Notes under the pieces: model-generated | What the model was told of the DNA's origin: nothing | The model's database searches: none | Seen by the model: only the letters and a program-made list of their open reading frames with translations | Assembly: GCA_951406725.2 (NCBI GenBank) | Contig: OX597842.1 | Location: 20,956,001 to 21,020,000, forward strand | Origin: Octopus vulgaris | Lineage: Eukaryota | Length of the DNA: 64,000 nt | Reading direction: 5' to 3' | In this document: positions 1 through 24,756 of the stretch, in pieces | Layout: every line of letters starts with the position of its first letter | Position numbering within the stretch: the first letter of the stretch is position 1 | Translations under genes and position numbers: made by a program

Positions 1-645
1 TGGCTTTATTGAGAATATTCTATAGTTTGTAAGATATTTCGGCTGAAATTTCGAGCATTTCGGCAATTTTAACCAATCGCTCACCTCCATTTTGGGTGAA
101 AAGATTCTGTGCTGTATGAATATGTTCCTTGTTTAAGAAACCGATTGGGTTTATTTACATTTGCGAAGAAAAAAAGATACCCTTGCCCACCCTAACCCTA
201 ACCCTAATCCTAAAATAGTTTGAAATGCAATAGATCGATTCTAGGGTCATAATTATGGGTGACAATTTCATACGATACCTCTACGGAAAATGGGATTTTT
301 TCTAGCGGTGTCAAATGAAAATGTCACCCATAATTATGACCCTAGTATCGATCTATTGCATTTCAATCTATTTTAGAATTAGGGTTAGGGTTAGGGTTAG
401 GTTAGGGTTAGCGTTAGGGTTGGGGGAAGGGTATCTTTTTTTCTTCGCAAATGTAAATAAACCCAATCTGTTTCTTAAACAAAGGACATATTCATACAGC
501 ACGGAATCTTTTCACCCAAAATGGAGGTGAGCGATTGGTTAAAATTGCCGAAATGTTCGATTTTAAAGTGGAAATACGTTACAAACTATAGAATTTTCTC
601 AATAAAGCCAAGAAAAAAATGATGTTTTATAAACACATTCTACCA
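1..645. mobile_element. Foldback/MITE-like inverted pair with telomere-like (CCCTAA)n/(TTAGGG)n tracts, copy 1 (left end outside window)
   Basis: About 1-270 is the reverse complement of ~315-612, around a ~40-bp spacer. ccctaa repeats at ~190-210 and ttaggg repeats at ~379-420. Confidence 0.8.
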
Positions 646-1848
646 TTCTACCATTCGTTGTGCCTTTATGCTCCCCTAAGGATGCATAATCAGTGAGCCC
701 TGAGTTTTCTTCTGACTCAATTTATTGCCAGATTTGAGTCCCTTATCATTTCCCTTTTCACAAACACAAACAAATATTGTGGGTTTATGTCGATGTCTTT
801 TATGAGATGTTGGCAATGTTACGAATGACTAAGATGGAAAAAAACAAGGGTGGAATGAAAAATATTAAGATGACAATTTCATATTAGCAGCACCAGCGAG
901 AAGGCCATGAATGGATAACAGAGAAATATAGAAAAGTGTACATTGGAGTGGGAAGCAACAATTGTTTTGATATGAAATAACTGGGTTCTCATGACAAACA
1001 CGAAGTTAATATTACGTTACACACATTTGAGAAGATTTATTTGATAAAAGAAAGGCTCCAACGAGGAAAAAATGACATTTGATCATTTCTGACAGTTTTG
1101 TCGTTTATTTCGACAAAATATTTGATCGGTGCAAATGATTATTCCGCAGCAAATATATCTCACGCGACGGCAAGACTTAAATGAGGATTTAAATTAAGTT
1201 AAAAAATAGATCATTAGAAGGTGAAATTTATTGATTTCTACGCTAATACGAAACATAAATATGTCTTATGTTATATATTTTATATAATGTGGTCAAAGTT
1301 ACAGAGTGACTCGAAGACTGGAAGTTTCGCTTATTGCCATTAACAGTCAAAGCAAATGTACTAAGCGTATTTCGTTATCTGTGCTTACGAATATTTTAAA
1401 TACTTTTCAAAATATTTCTGTTGTTAATTCTTAGTCATTCGTAACATTGCCAACATTTCATAAAAGACATCGACATAAATGGTTTTCATACAGAATAATA
1501 TTTCCAAACTTGTTTTCATCGCTTATGAAGAAGAAAAAATTATTAACGGACAACAAACACAGCAACTGCGTATGCGGCCAGGGTGTTTGGTAAGGAATAG
1601 TCACTCTTATTACATCCCTTTACATAATTTTGGTTTTCTCCCTTTGACCGTTATTATTCAGGTTTGGAGAAATATGCGGGGTTTTTCTTTGCAAAAACCT
1701 TTGAACAAATTTAATTTTTTGTACTTTCTAATTTCAGTTTCATAGAAAGAACAATTTGTTTCGTAAAACATAAATTTACCCCACTATTTTCCTCAGATTT
1801 CCCCCTTATTTTTGCTTCCATTTGGATATTATCTTTTGATAAACAAAC

Positions 1849-2116
1849 CTTGTTTTCACTTTGAGTTTCTTGCAATTTTTGGCAAATTCCCAGTTGCAGA
1901 ATTTCTTTAGAAATTTGTTGTGCAATATCATATTTATATAATTTCCATCCTATATGTGCTTGGAATAACCTGATGGAAAGGCAAATAAAACAATCTAAAA
2001 CGATTTTCAATAAAATATTATCGAACTTTTAACCTGTCCCCTGATATTCTGTAAAGAAGCCACAATATTGAGATGATACTCACGTACATTTTAAAGTTGA
2101 TTGTTTGAGATATATC
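1849..2116 (-). other. Two candidate coding exons (2116-2084, 1969-1849) of an unidentified gene or pseudogene, repeated in each unit
   Basis: tag|GATATA...TGTAC|gtgagt and ccatcag|GTTATT...AACAAG|gtttgt. The phases are compatible and give IYLKQSTLKCTLFQAHIGWKLYKYDIAQQISKEILQLGICQKLQETQSENK, with the frame open in all three units. No homology recognised. Confidence 0.3.
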
Positions 2117-2699
2117 CTACTACAAAAGTACTATTTGTTTTGTATTAGTTTCTTATTTTGGTATGCATTTAATTGCAAAACTGAAAAGCTTTGTTAAAAT
2201 TCCTCTTTAGCGAAAATCTCGACATGATAAAAACATTTCTGAGGGCATTTCTGAATCCAACACCATTAATTTAAGGTGGGACTAATTGTATAAACCATGA
2301 CAAATAAAATGTTCTCCAATGTTATGAATAAAGATACAAGAGTTCTTATGCAGAGAGTAAGCTGTAGAAGAATTTTGGATGGGAGAGGAAAACTAACTAT
2401 AGTTTTGAAAAATCAGTATACCAAATTTTAATGTAAACCAAATGAAAATTATGTTCAAAATTGTCCTCCTGTGTGATCTAACAAGTGAATCGCTGTACTT
2501 ATAGACCCTACTACGTCTGAATTCATTGAGCAGGTGCCAGCTGTGACTAATGGTAAACCAACGAACTATACCACCCATCCTAGTATTAGCACTGCTTCTC
2601 AGAGGGAGGACGACTAGGGTCAGAAGTGAAACCACAAAGCCCTGGGCCTCTTTGCTTAACTCGATTAATTCACAAGAAGAGGGAAGAATTTGAAAGCGA

Positions 2700-4150
2700 C
2701 GAAGGCTCCACAAAAAAATTGCACGGGTGAATTTAGCTCCAGCGACAGATCTTAGAAGCATCCGGTTGAACAATGACTTGAACGTTATTCCGGACAACAT
2801 TATGAAGGGTGACGCTACCGGGAAGGTAAGAAACGTGATGCAATTGGTACAGCAGGCTTTCCAATATAATTTGGGCTTGAAGGAAAGCAAGAGCAACAAG
2901 CAGGACAGTTTCCATAAGAATCAGCGTCAGGTGGCAGAATTGAGGAAAGAGAAAGACAGCTTAAATATGGTGGAAAGAAGCATACGGTGAAACAATAAAA
3001 GAAAAAAACAAGGCCGTGTAGGGGGACATGGGGTTATGTACAGGGTGGTGTTCATGCAAAGAGTTCCGGCCATTTCTGGTCAAGAGAGACTTTGAACCGA
3101 GCAGTCGTCGGCATCTTTACTATCTTGTCCGGTAGCTTATTCCACGGATCCGCAACCCGGACGGAGAAGGCCCCTCTCCTTCGATTGAGATGAAATTTTC
3201 GGAGATAGAGCTTTTCGGAGTGACACCGCAGCCGACGCTCTGGAGCAGGAGTGAAGAACAGCTCGTTCGAGAGGTTACGCATTCAGTTTATGGTGTTGTG
3301 TGCAAGAATGAGATCACCACGGCGTCATCGTTTTTCTAGAGAATAAAAATCGAGCGTCTTCAGCCTTTCTTCATAAGACAAATGTTTGAGACCAAGAACC
3401 ATGCGGGTAGCCAGCATCTGGACTCTTTCGAGATGAATTAGTTTTGAAGCAACTGAGCGCGGAGTTACGAAACATTCTGCTCCACCTGCGCACGACAGAA
3501 TCATATTGGAAAAGAGAGAGAGAAAGAGGGACAAAGAGAAATAGAAAGAGACCAAGAGAGGGAGAGAGACATAAATGGAAAGGGAGAGGTGCAGACAAAG
3601 GAAGGCCTTTAGAAACTTCAAGTTCGCGCTGGAGATTAATATACTGTGCGGAAGACGAGGAGAGCAGAGTAACATCTGTGAATGATGTCCCAAGAAGAAA
3701 TATCCCTCTCTTCTGGTGGAGGGTTATCTTTTCTAGGGTCATCATGCACAGAAGTGAAGGGATGTGCCCTAAGTCTACTCAGAATGACCCCGAAAGCACA
3801 TCAGAGTTCGGCAATGAGGAAAAGGCGAACAACTCACTTTCTGTTGTTTGGTTGGATCTCGACAAAGCGTAACTAAGCGTGTCCTACCAGTTACTTCTAA
3901 ATGAAATGGAGTACTCCCAAGTAGCAACGGACATAGTTGGACTAACAATGTCCCACATGTATTCGTTGAGGCTGAGATTTACCGTGGGAAATTTCACAAC
4001 AAAATGGTAGAGTAGAAAAGAGCATTATGTTAGAATACCCAATTTCCGTGGAGCTAATTGTGGCAGCCACGAACCTATTGCGAGAGGTTGTGGGGAGCAG
4101 AGAACCTGTCCCGAAACTGACGGAAACATACGAAATCCACTATGCAGGGC
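2700..4150 (+). pseudogene. Decayed R2-superfamily (RLE-type; HERO/NeSL-like) non-LTR retrotransposon RT relic; also ~15035-16480 and ~27445-28930
   Basis: Frame-broken motifs in order: LNNDLNVIPDNIMKGD..., RQVAELRKE..., [17 protein letters not shown]..., WRVIFSR..RSEGMCPK, SLSVVWLDLDKA*LSVSYQLL, LRFTVGNFTTKW, VEKSIMLEYPISVELIVAATNLL. These resemble the VVWLDLANAYGS-PH and LEKGI-TGC-ISVILF motifs of this RT group. Confidence 0.7.
2991..3440 (-). mobile_element. 5'-truncated CR1/L2-clade LINE 3' fragment nested in the RT relic; also ~15324-15773
   Basis: [36 protein letters not shown]...LRCHSEKL...FSVRVADPWNKLP is the typical CR1 ORF2 C-terminus. Confidence 0.9.
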
Positions 4151-5548
4151 ATTCAGGAAATCCTACGATTACTGAAGGTAGCAAAATAAAGGTAGAAAAT
4201 CTACCGTCCTCGCAGCTTTATAGGAACCGTGGCAAAACAATGCTCTGAGATCCATACAAACACAAACAACCACCACTAAAACTTATGTGAATATAATCAT
4301 AGAAAAAGAAATTTAATTACGAAAAGGAGCGAAAACATGGAATACAAAACAATTGTAGACTTATTTAACTTCATTAATGATCTTTCCTCTGCAGCATGCT
4401 TAAGGAGTCTTATGACCGATAATTAAAAAATCAGAGAATTTTGGAGGAGTACTTTTCCTCTTTCCAGAGTTGTAATTACAAGTGTTTGAGAACTGGAATT
4501 GTACAAAACGGCGGAAAATACAGAGGCAAAGTAAGATAAGAAAAAGAATCGTTATAGTAAAAAAACAAATTTTAGCAAGCATATAATAATTCTAAAACTG
4601 AAAATAATCTCCGTTGAGCAGATGAGAAATGTAATTTCACAACTAAAACGAAATACAAAATTTAAATTTTTTGATCATATATAAGTTATGTACTTACATG
4701 TTCTCTCACAAAGCCATTCCGAACTCTCCGATGTCGAACTGAACAATGAAGCTTGGGGCCGCAATTTATAAAAATGTGCGTGAGCGCACATGCATCTGTT
4801 TCTTAAATGGCAAATGGTCATTGATAGGTTATTCGCAGAAAATGACCTCAGAGAATTTGAACAAGAGAGAATGGCTTCTATCTTTCTATCTATCTCTTTA
4901 TCTTTCTGTCTATTTATCGTTACACACACACACACACACATGTATATATAAATATGTGTGTGTGTGAGTGTGTATGTGTGACTATCTATCTATCTATCAA
5001 TCAATCAATATACATATGGATAACTAGAAAGATAGATATACACATATCTATATATGCGCAATACATAATTAAGCAATTAGTTATGACTTGTACAGAAACT
5101 TCTTGGGGAGTGTTGGCTTTCATATCTGTTGCTTTTGTTGTTTTTCTTTCTCTTGTGTTCTTTGGCAATTCCCAGAATAATTTTAGTTGCTTCTGGGACT
5201 GACCAGCTACTTGAAGACTAATAGCTACTTGCTTTTGGGATTGACTAGCTTCAATTAATTGATGTCATCAAAGTAGTGAAAGATCAGAGTTACACATAAA
5301 TGAGAATCCGATAAATATTTTAAGGGGTCAGTGTATACTTGTATACTGGGAGAGGACCCCTTCATACAAGATTGCCAGGATCGAAATGGGCCTTCTTCTT
5401 TGAAACACCCGGTACCCTCTATTGTAGGGAGCTTCTTGATACCGGGGATGAGGGCGACAATTGCCAGTTTTAATATGGAATAAATCCGTGTGTCGGTCTG
5501 TCTGTCTCTCTGACACTACTTCAGTGTTTATCAATCTATCAGTCAAAC

Positions 5549-5810
5549 TATCTATCTGTCTGTCTGTCTATCTATCTATCTATATATCATTCTATCTATA
5601 TATCATTCTATCTATATATCATTCTATCTATCTATCATTTTATCTACCTATCTACCTATCTGTCTCTCTGTCTGTCTATCTGTTTATCTATCTATCTGTC
5701 TCTCTGTCTATCTCTCTATCTTTCTATCTATCTATCTATCTATTTCTCTGTCTGTCTATCTATCTATATGTCTGTCTGTCTGTCTATCTGTTTATCTATC
5801 TATCTATCTA

Positions 5811-5842
<32 letters not shown>

Positions 5843-6330
5843 TCTCTCTGTCTGTCTGTCTATCTATCTATCTGTCTATCTATCTATCTATCTATCTATC
5901 TGTCTGTCTGTCTGTCTCTCTATCTATCTGTCTTTCTATCTATCTATGCAGTTATGTGTCTGTCTAATAGTATATTTATGTGTCTACCTATATAAGTATG
6001 TATGTATGTATGTGTATGTATGTATGTATGTATGTATGTATGTATGTATGTATGTATGTATGTATGTATGTATGTATGTATGTATCAATCTATCTGTCTA
6101 TCTCTGTCTGTCTGTTTGTAAGTATCTATTTAACTTCCATCTCTGTCTGTCTGTCGCTTTTATATCTGACTGTACATCTTTTTTTCAATAAATGTATGTG
6201 TATATGTACGTATGTACCTATATGTATCTATGTATCCACGTATGTAAGTATGCATGTATGTGTGTGTATGTATGTTGCGTGTGTACGTATGTATTTATCT
6301 TTTTATGTATGTATCTGTCTATATATCTAA
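5549..6330. repeat. Compound (TCTA/TCTG)n then (TATG)n microsatellite; also ~17880-18640
   Basis: Directly visible tetranucleotide repeats. Confidence 0.95.
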
Positions 6331-6608
6331 ATATCAATAATAACAAAGGGTAAAATTAATTAATTAAGAAGTAATCAATAATTTCACCAAGTAGAATTCG
6401 GCATGAAAAAAGGACCATTTCATGGTAAACTTAAGTAATACTAAATAATTAGGGTTCAGCAAAGATTTGCTTCACCACATACCGAAGTTTAGAAATAGCA
6501 GCCAAAAAACGTTAGCTATTTCTTCTACTTTAAAAAGGGACTCCCAGAAAAACAAAAAGAGTCGTTGTGTATATGCCTGCGTGGGTGTCTATTTATCTGT
6601 CTCTCTCG

Positions 6609-6752
6609 GTAATTAGCTTGCTTACCAACCACATGGTTCAGTCCCACTGCGTGGCACCTTGGGCAAGTGTCTTCTTCTATAGCCTCGGGCCGACCAATGC
6701 CTTGTGAGTGGATTTGGTAGACGGAAACTGAAAGAAGCCCATCGTCTATATG

Positions 6753-6793
<41 letters not shown>

Positions 6794-7412
6794 ATGTTTG
6801 TGTGTCTGTGTTTGTCCCCCTAGCATTGCTTGACAAACGATGCTGGTGTGTTTATGTCCCCGTTACTTAGCGGTTCGGCAAAAGAGAACGATAGAATAAG
6901 TACTGGGCTTACAAAGAATAAGGCCCGGGGTCGATTTGCTCGACTAAAGGCGGTGCTCCAGCATGGCCACAGTCAAATGACTGAAACAAGTAAAATAGTA
7001 AACATTTTAACCAACACTATACATAGGCGCTGGAGTGGCTGTGTGGTAAGAAGCTTGCTAAACAACCACAAGGTCCCGATTTCAGTCCCACTTCGTGGTA
7101 CCTTGGGCAAGTGTCTCTTCTATAGCTGACCAAAGACTTGTGAGTGGATTTGCTTGACACAAACTGAAAGAAGCCTGACGTATATAAATATATATACGTG
7201 TGTGTTTGTGTGTCTGTGTTTGGCCCCCCACCAAACATCGCTTGACAGCCGATGCTGGAGTGTTTACGTCCCCGTAACTAAGCGGTTCGGCAAGAAATCC
7301 GATAGAATAAGTACGAGGCTTACAAAGAATATGTCCTGGGGTCGATTTGCTTGACTAAAGGCGGTGCTCCAGCATGGCCTCAGTCAAATGACTGAAACAA
7401 GTAAAAGAGTAA
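6609..7412 (+). mobile_element. Two tandem tRNA-derived SINEs (family A: tRNA head, CORE-like ccttgggcaagtgtc, internal TA/TG tract); also ~18917-19715
   Basis: A-box-like gagtggctgtgtggtaag, B-box-like ggttcagtccc, conserved body ending gtcaaatgactgaaacaagtaaaa; many copies in the window. Confidence 0.88.
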
Positions 7413-7416
7413 AGGA

Positions 7417-7770
7417 ATACATACATACATATATACATACACATACAAACATACATGCATACATACATGCATACATACATACATGCATGCATACATACAT
7501 ACATACATGCATGCATACATACATACATACATACATACATACATACATACATACATACGTGCATACATACACACATACATACATACATACATACATACGT
7601 GCATACATACACACATACATACATACATACATACATACATACATGCACATACATACATACATACATACATTACATACACACATACATACATACATACATA
7701 CATACGTGCATACTTACGTACATACATACATGCATACATGCATGCATGTATACATACATACACACACATA

Positions 7771-7802
<32 letters not shown>

Positions 7803-7862
7803 CACACATACATACATACATACATACATACATACATACATACATACATGCATACATACGTG

Positions 7863-7894
<32 letters not shown>

Positions 7895-8212
7895 CACATA
7901 CATACATACACACTTGCATACAAACATACATACATACATACAAACATACATACATACATACATACATGCATATATATATATACATATACATACATACATA
8001 CACATACATACATACACACTTGCATACATACATACATACATACATATATATATACACATACATACATACATACACACTTACATACATACATACAACTAAC
8101 ATACATACATACATACATACACACTTGATACATACATACATACATACATACATACATACATACATACATACATACATACATACATACATACATACATACA
8201 TACATACATACA
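7417..8212. repeat. (CATA)n microsatellite; also ~19720-20539
   Basis: Direct; source of the YIHT/MYVC ORFs. Confidence 0.97.
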
Positions 8213-8237
8213 TGATTGATCGCTAGCTCCAAAAGTC

Positions 8238-8385
8238 TTTTTATTCTGTTTATTTCTCGTGTTCCTTTCTCTGAAGATCGTAGGCTCGAAACGTAAAAGA
8301 ATTTCTCACCTTCCTGACCGTTAAACTATTACACCTGTTTGTTGCTTATACATGTGTCTTCGTCTTTTGTTTTTCTGTAACTTTC

Positions 8386-8465
<80 letters not shown>

Positions 8466-8662
8466 TATATAGAAGGAGCTTCTTCAGGACTACAACTGTT
8501 TCATTCAAGAGAAATCTTCAGGAAGCCTGGCTTCCTGAAGATTTCTCTTGAATCAAACAGTTCTAGTCCTGTAGAAGCTCCTTCTATATAATAAATTATT
8601 TTTACTCTGCTATGTATTGAGTACCTTATTTACTGTGGTTAACCCCGAATCAACCCGGGACC

Positions 8663-8670
<8 letters not shown>
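8238..8670. mobile_element. Penelope-like terminal relics flanking (TA)n, including a ~130-bp hairpin (8464-8592); also ~20565-21020
   Basis: ctgaagatcgtaggctcgaaacgta motif; inverted arms attatatagaaggagcttc...ggaagcc-t-ggcttcc...gaagctccttctatataat. Family assignment is inferred from the CTGAAGA..GAAAC motif. Confidence 0.5.
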
Positions 8671-8697
<27 letters not shown>

Positions 8698-9040
8698 AAA
8701 AAATGAAGTTCGAAAATGCTGCTGTATTATACAATTTTTAATTTTTATCTATACATTATAACATGTTTCTGTTCCTGAAATGAACCTTATCAAAAAAAGT
8801 TATATATAAATATATATATATACATATATAAATATGTATTTATGTGTTTGTGTTTATATATGCATATATAGATAGATATACATACATACATACATACATA
8901 CATACATACATACATACATACATACATACATACATACATACATACATACAGGGTAAAGAATTACTAATTCAATAATTAATAACTTTTACCAAGTAGTTCG
9001 GTATGGAAAAAAAAACATTATCGGTAAAAACTTATACAAA

Positions 9041-9144
<104 letters not shown>

Positions 9145-9324
9145 TTTGTATATTATATTAATTAATTTTATTTCTATGTTTTGGTTTATGTTTTTCACTG
9201 TTTGATTTGCCTAATAGTGGTTTTATCTCTAATTTAACATATATATATTTATACTATAAAATTAGATTTAATCCTAAATCTAATTTTTCCCTGTAAGTTT
9301 GGATTTACTCCTTAATATTATTAT

Positions 9325-9396
<72 letters not shown>

Positions 9397-9803
9397 TGTT
9401 AATTTATATTTTTCACCGGAATAGTTCAATACTGAATTTTTATTCCGACTAGGCAATTTGTAACCGAAATGCATTGCGAATAAGCCCGCCATTTTCATAG
9501 ATATGTAAAGATAAACATTCGTACATGCTACGACGAATTCTACGGTTGGCTATCGAGCTTGTAATGTTATGTTTTTTCTTATATTTCTTGAGTTTGTTGC
9601 ACTGATGAACATGAAATGCATATTCTGCATTAAATGCGAAATCACATGTGATATGTAACTGAATTCTTTTTTTAAAATGATGTGTTTTGAAGTTTTGCAT
9701 TCGGTAAAATTTTGTTTATTTTTAGTAGTTTTGACCGCATTGGTCCCTCTTAGCGTGTGGTATCTACGAATAGTAGTACCCTCAATATAATAATAATAAT
9801 AAT

Positions 9804-9849
<46 letters not shown>

Positions 9850-10119
9850 TTAAAGCGTGAATGGATTTGATGGACGGAATCTGAAAGGAACCCATCATAT
9901 ATTTGTGTATGTGTGTTAAGTTCTTGACCCCTCACCACAGCTTGACAACCGGTGTCGGTGTGTTTACACATCCGTAACTTTGTGGTTTGGGATAAGAGAC
10001 CGATACAATGATACCAGGCTTAACAAATAAAATAACAAATACTGGATTCGATAAACTTGATTAAAATTCTCCAAAGTGGTGCCCAGCATGGCTGAAACTT
10101 GTAAAAAATAAAAGATGAC

Positions 10120-10199
<80 letters not shown>

Positions 10200-11435
10200 A
10201 AATAAGTAAAGATAGAAAATGCTGAAATAATTTTATAAAGAACATTTCAGTACCGGTTTCGGTCATTTGAGATTATTTCAACTGTAACAATTAAATAATT
10301 AAATTTAGAAAAATTAAAAGAAAAGTTGTTTTAAAACAATATTTGTATAGTGTTCAAATATAAGTGGCATTTTTCTTCTTTCTGCCTTTCTCTGTCTCTC
10401 TTGTTTACTCTTGTGGATTCAAGGTTCATGTGAATTCTTGGTAGGGAAGAAGAAGAAGGAGAAGAATATATATATATATATATGGTGGGGCTATGGAGTT
10501 ATTGTGTTCGTAGGTTTGCTCCCTGCCATGAAATCGATATTGCATGTACATGTCCAGAAGTGTGCCACACGCCAGATGTCGAAATGATAACATAACAACT
10601 CGTGAAATGTATTGTTTTACTACGTGTAACACCCTAAACATTAGGCTATGGTGTGTTTACACCTATGTATTTACAGCGAAAATTTCCCCCCAATACAACA
10701 ATAAATTACGTTGAACGACTTTTTTACGGATTCGAGTAGGCCTCAAGCATATTTGAACTGGTAACAAGCTGGTAATTATACACATTGTTTAGCGCTTTCT
10801 TACCCTATGTATGCATACACACACACTCAAGCACGTACACATATCGTAACACGCTATTTTGTTTTTTTGTTCATTTTTGCTTGTTCTACTGTTTTATTTG
10901 TTGCTCTGTTCGATCCATGGAAATTATTTATTAATTACTGTGATAATCCCATCACCGTTATTGTTATTAGAATACACTCAACATTTCTAGCTTCTAATGT
11001 CAACCTGTTGGCCTGTTTAATTCATTTAATATCATAATATCTTCTATAGACACACTCCTTCTCAGCTCGTTTCATTATGCAAATGATAATTTTGCTAATG
11101 ATTCCCACTGAGCCTTGTTGCTGCTGTTGTTGTTGTAAGTGTTGTTAATGGTGGTGAGGAATTTCCCTGGTTCTAATCTTACTGCCATATACAGAGTGTT
11201 CGGACTTACTTTCATAGTTTGCATGAATGGAAAAGAGAACACAGAATCCCATCCAAAACTAAAACTGTTTAGAAAAGAAATATTAACTCGATTATGGCTG
11301 AATTTTCGTATTTTATATTTATTTTATGTTCTTTACGTTTCGTGGTGTCCTGTGCCGATATACGCATGTATATACAAATATATGTATGTACGTATATACT
11401 TGTATGTATGCATATATATTTATATATTATTTCAG

Positions 11436-11797
11436 GAGTGGCTGTGTGGTAAGTAGCTTGCTTATGAACCATAAGGTTCCGGGTTCAGTCCCACTGTGTG
11501 GCACCTTGGGCAAGTATCTTCTACTATAGCCTCGGGCCGACCAAAGCCTGTGAGTTGGAAACTGAAAAGAAGCCCGTCGTATATATATATATATATATGT
11601 GCATGTGTGTGTTTGTGTGTCTGTGTTTGTCCCCGTAGAATTGCTTGACAACCGATGCTGGTGTGTTTATGTCCCCGTTACTTAGCGGTTCGGCAAAAGG
11701 CGATAGAATAAGTACTGTGCTTACAAAAGGTCCCGTGTTGCTCGATTTAAGGCGGTGCACCAGCATGGCCGCAGTCAAATGACTGAAAAAGTAAAAC
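11436..11797 (+). mobile_element. SINE family A (internally deleted); fuller copy at 23821-24217
   Basis: Same head, body and tail as the other family A copies. Confidence 0.88.
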
Positions 11798-11971
11798 AGA
11801 GAGTGTATGCATGTATGTGTATGTGTGTACGTGTGTGTGTACCTGCGTGTGTATATGCGTTTATACTCGTACCTTCAAATGATATTTTAAACAAACACTT
11901 ACTAGCTTAAACTAGTAAAACACGCAAAAAAAAGAATATTAAAAATGTTTCATAAAAGTATTTATTGTGCA

Positions 11972-12212
11972 CAAATTTTCCTTAAATTATTCATGTTTTC
12001 ATGTTTGCCCCCTCTCGTTGTATGCTGTTTGCTAGTATCAAGTATACGTTGTCCTTAAATTTTCCTTAAATTATTCATGCTTTGCTCCCTCTCGTTGTAT
12101 GCTGTTTGCTAGTATCAAGTACAGGTTGTCCTTAAATTTTCCTTAAATTATTCATGTTTGCTCCCTCTCGTTGTATGCTGTTTGCTAGTATGTTCAAGTT
12201 TGCACGTTGTCC
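11972..12212. repeat. Minisatellite, ~3 x ~77 bp (aaattttccttaaattattcatg...ccctctcgttgtatgctgtttgctagtatcaagt); also ~24391-24620
   Basis: Direct repeat visible three times. Confidence 0.9.
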
Positions 12213-12353
12213 TCGTGTAGCATCTTGTAAGGTTTCGCTTTCATTCCCTGACTTTTCCTTTTGAACGGCACATGTCAACACAATTTTTAGTTAACTAAAC
12301 ACTTTTAAACTTCGTATACTGGTAGAATGTGTTTATAAAACATCTTTTTTTCT

Positions 12354-24756
<12,403 letters not shown>

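Noticed and set aside
180-425. Telomere or telomere-fusion site
   Set aside because: Only a few CCCTAA/TTAGGG units, embedded in a dispersed MITE-like arm that recurs at 45562-45925.
3325-3745. Hydrophobic 122-124 aa membrane-protein-like ORFs
   Set aside because: Antisense reading of a purine-rich stretch of the RT relic running into the CR1 fragment.
7355-8232. Long YIHT/MYVC ORFs (also 19658-20553, 39511-42267, 56908-57624)
   Set aside because: Translations of (CATA)n/(TA)n microsatellites, which lack stop codons by composition.
9449-9700. 83-aa ORF with weak PAN/apple-like look (RRSMYECLSL...NAFR)
   Set aside because: Key cysteines are missing and there is no supporting splice structure; recurrence is explained by the duplication.
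11972-12212. CRISPR-like array
   Set aside because: Contiguous ~77-bp minisatellite with no unique spacers, in eukaryotic context with no cas genes.
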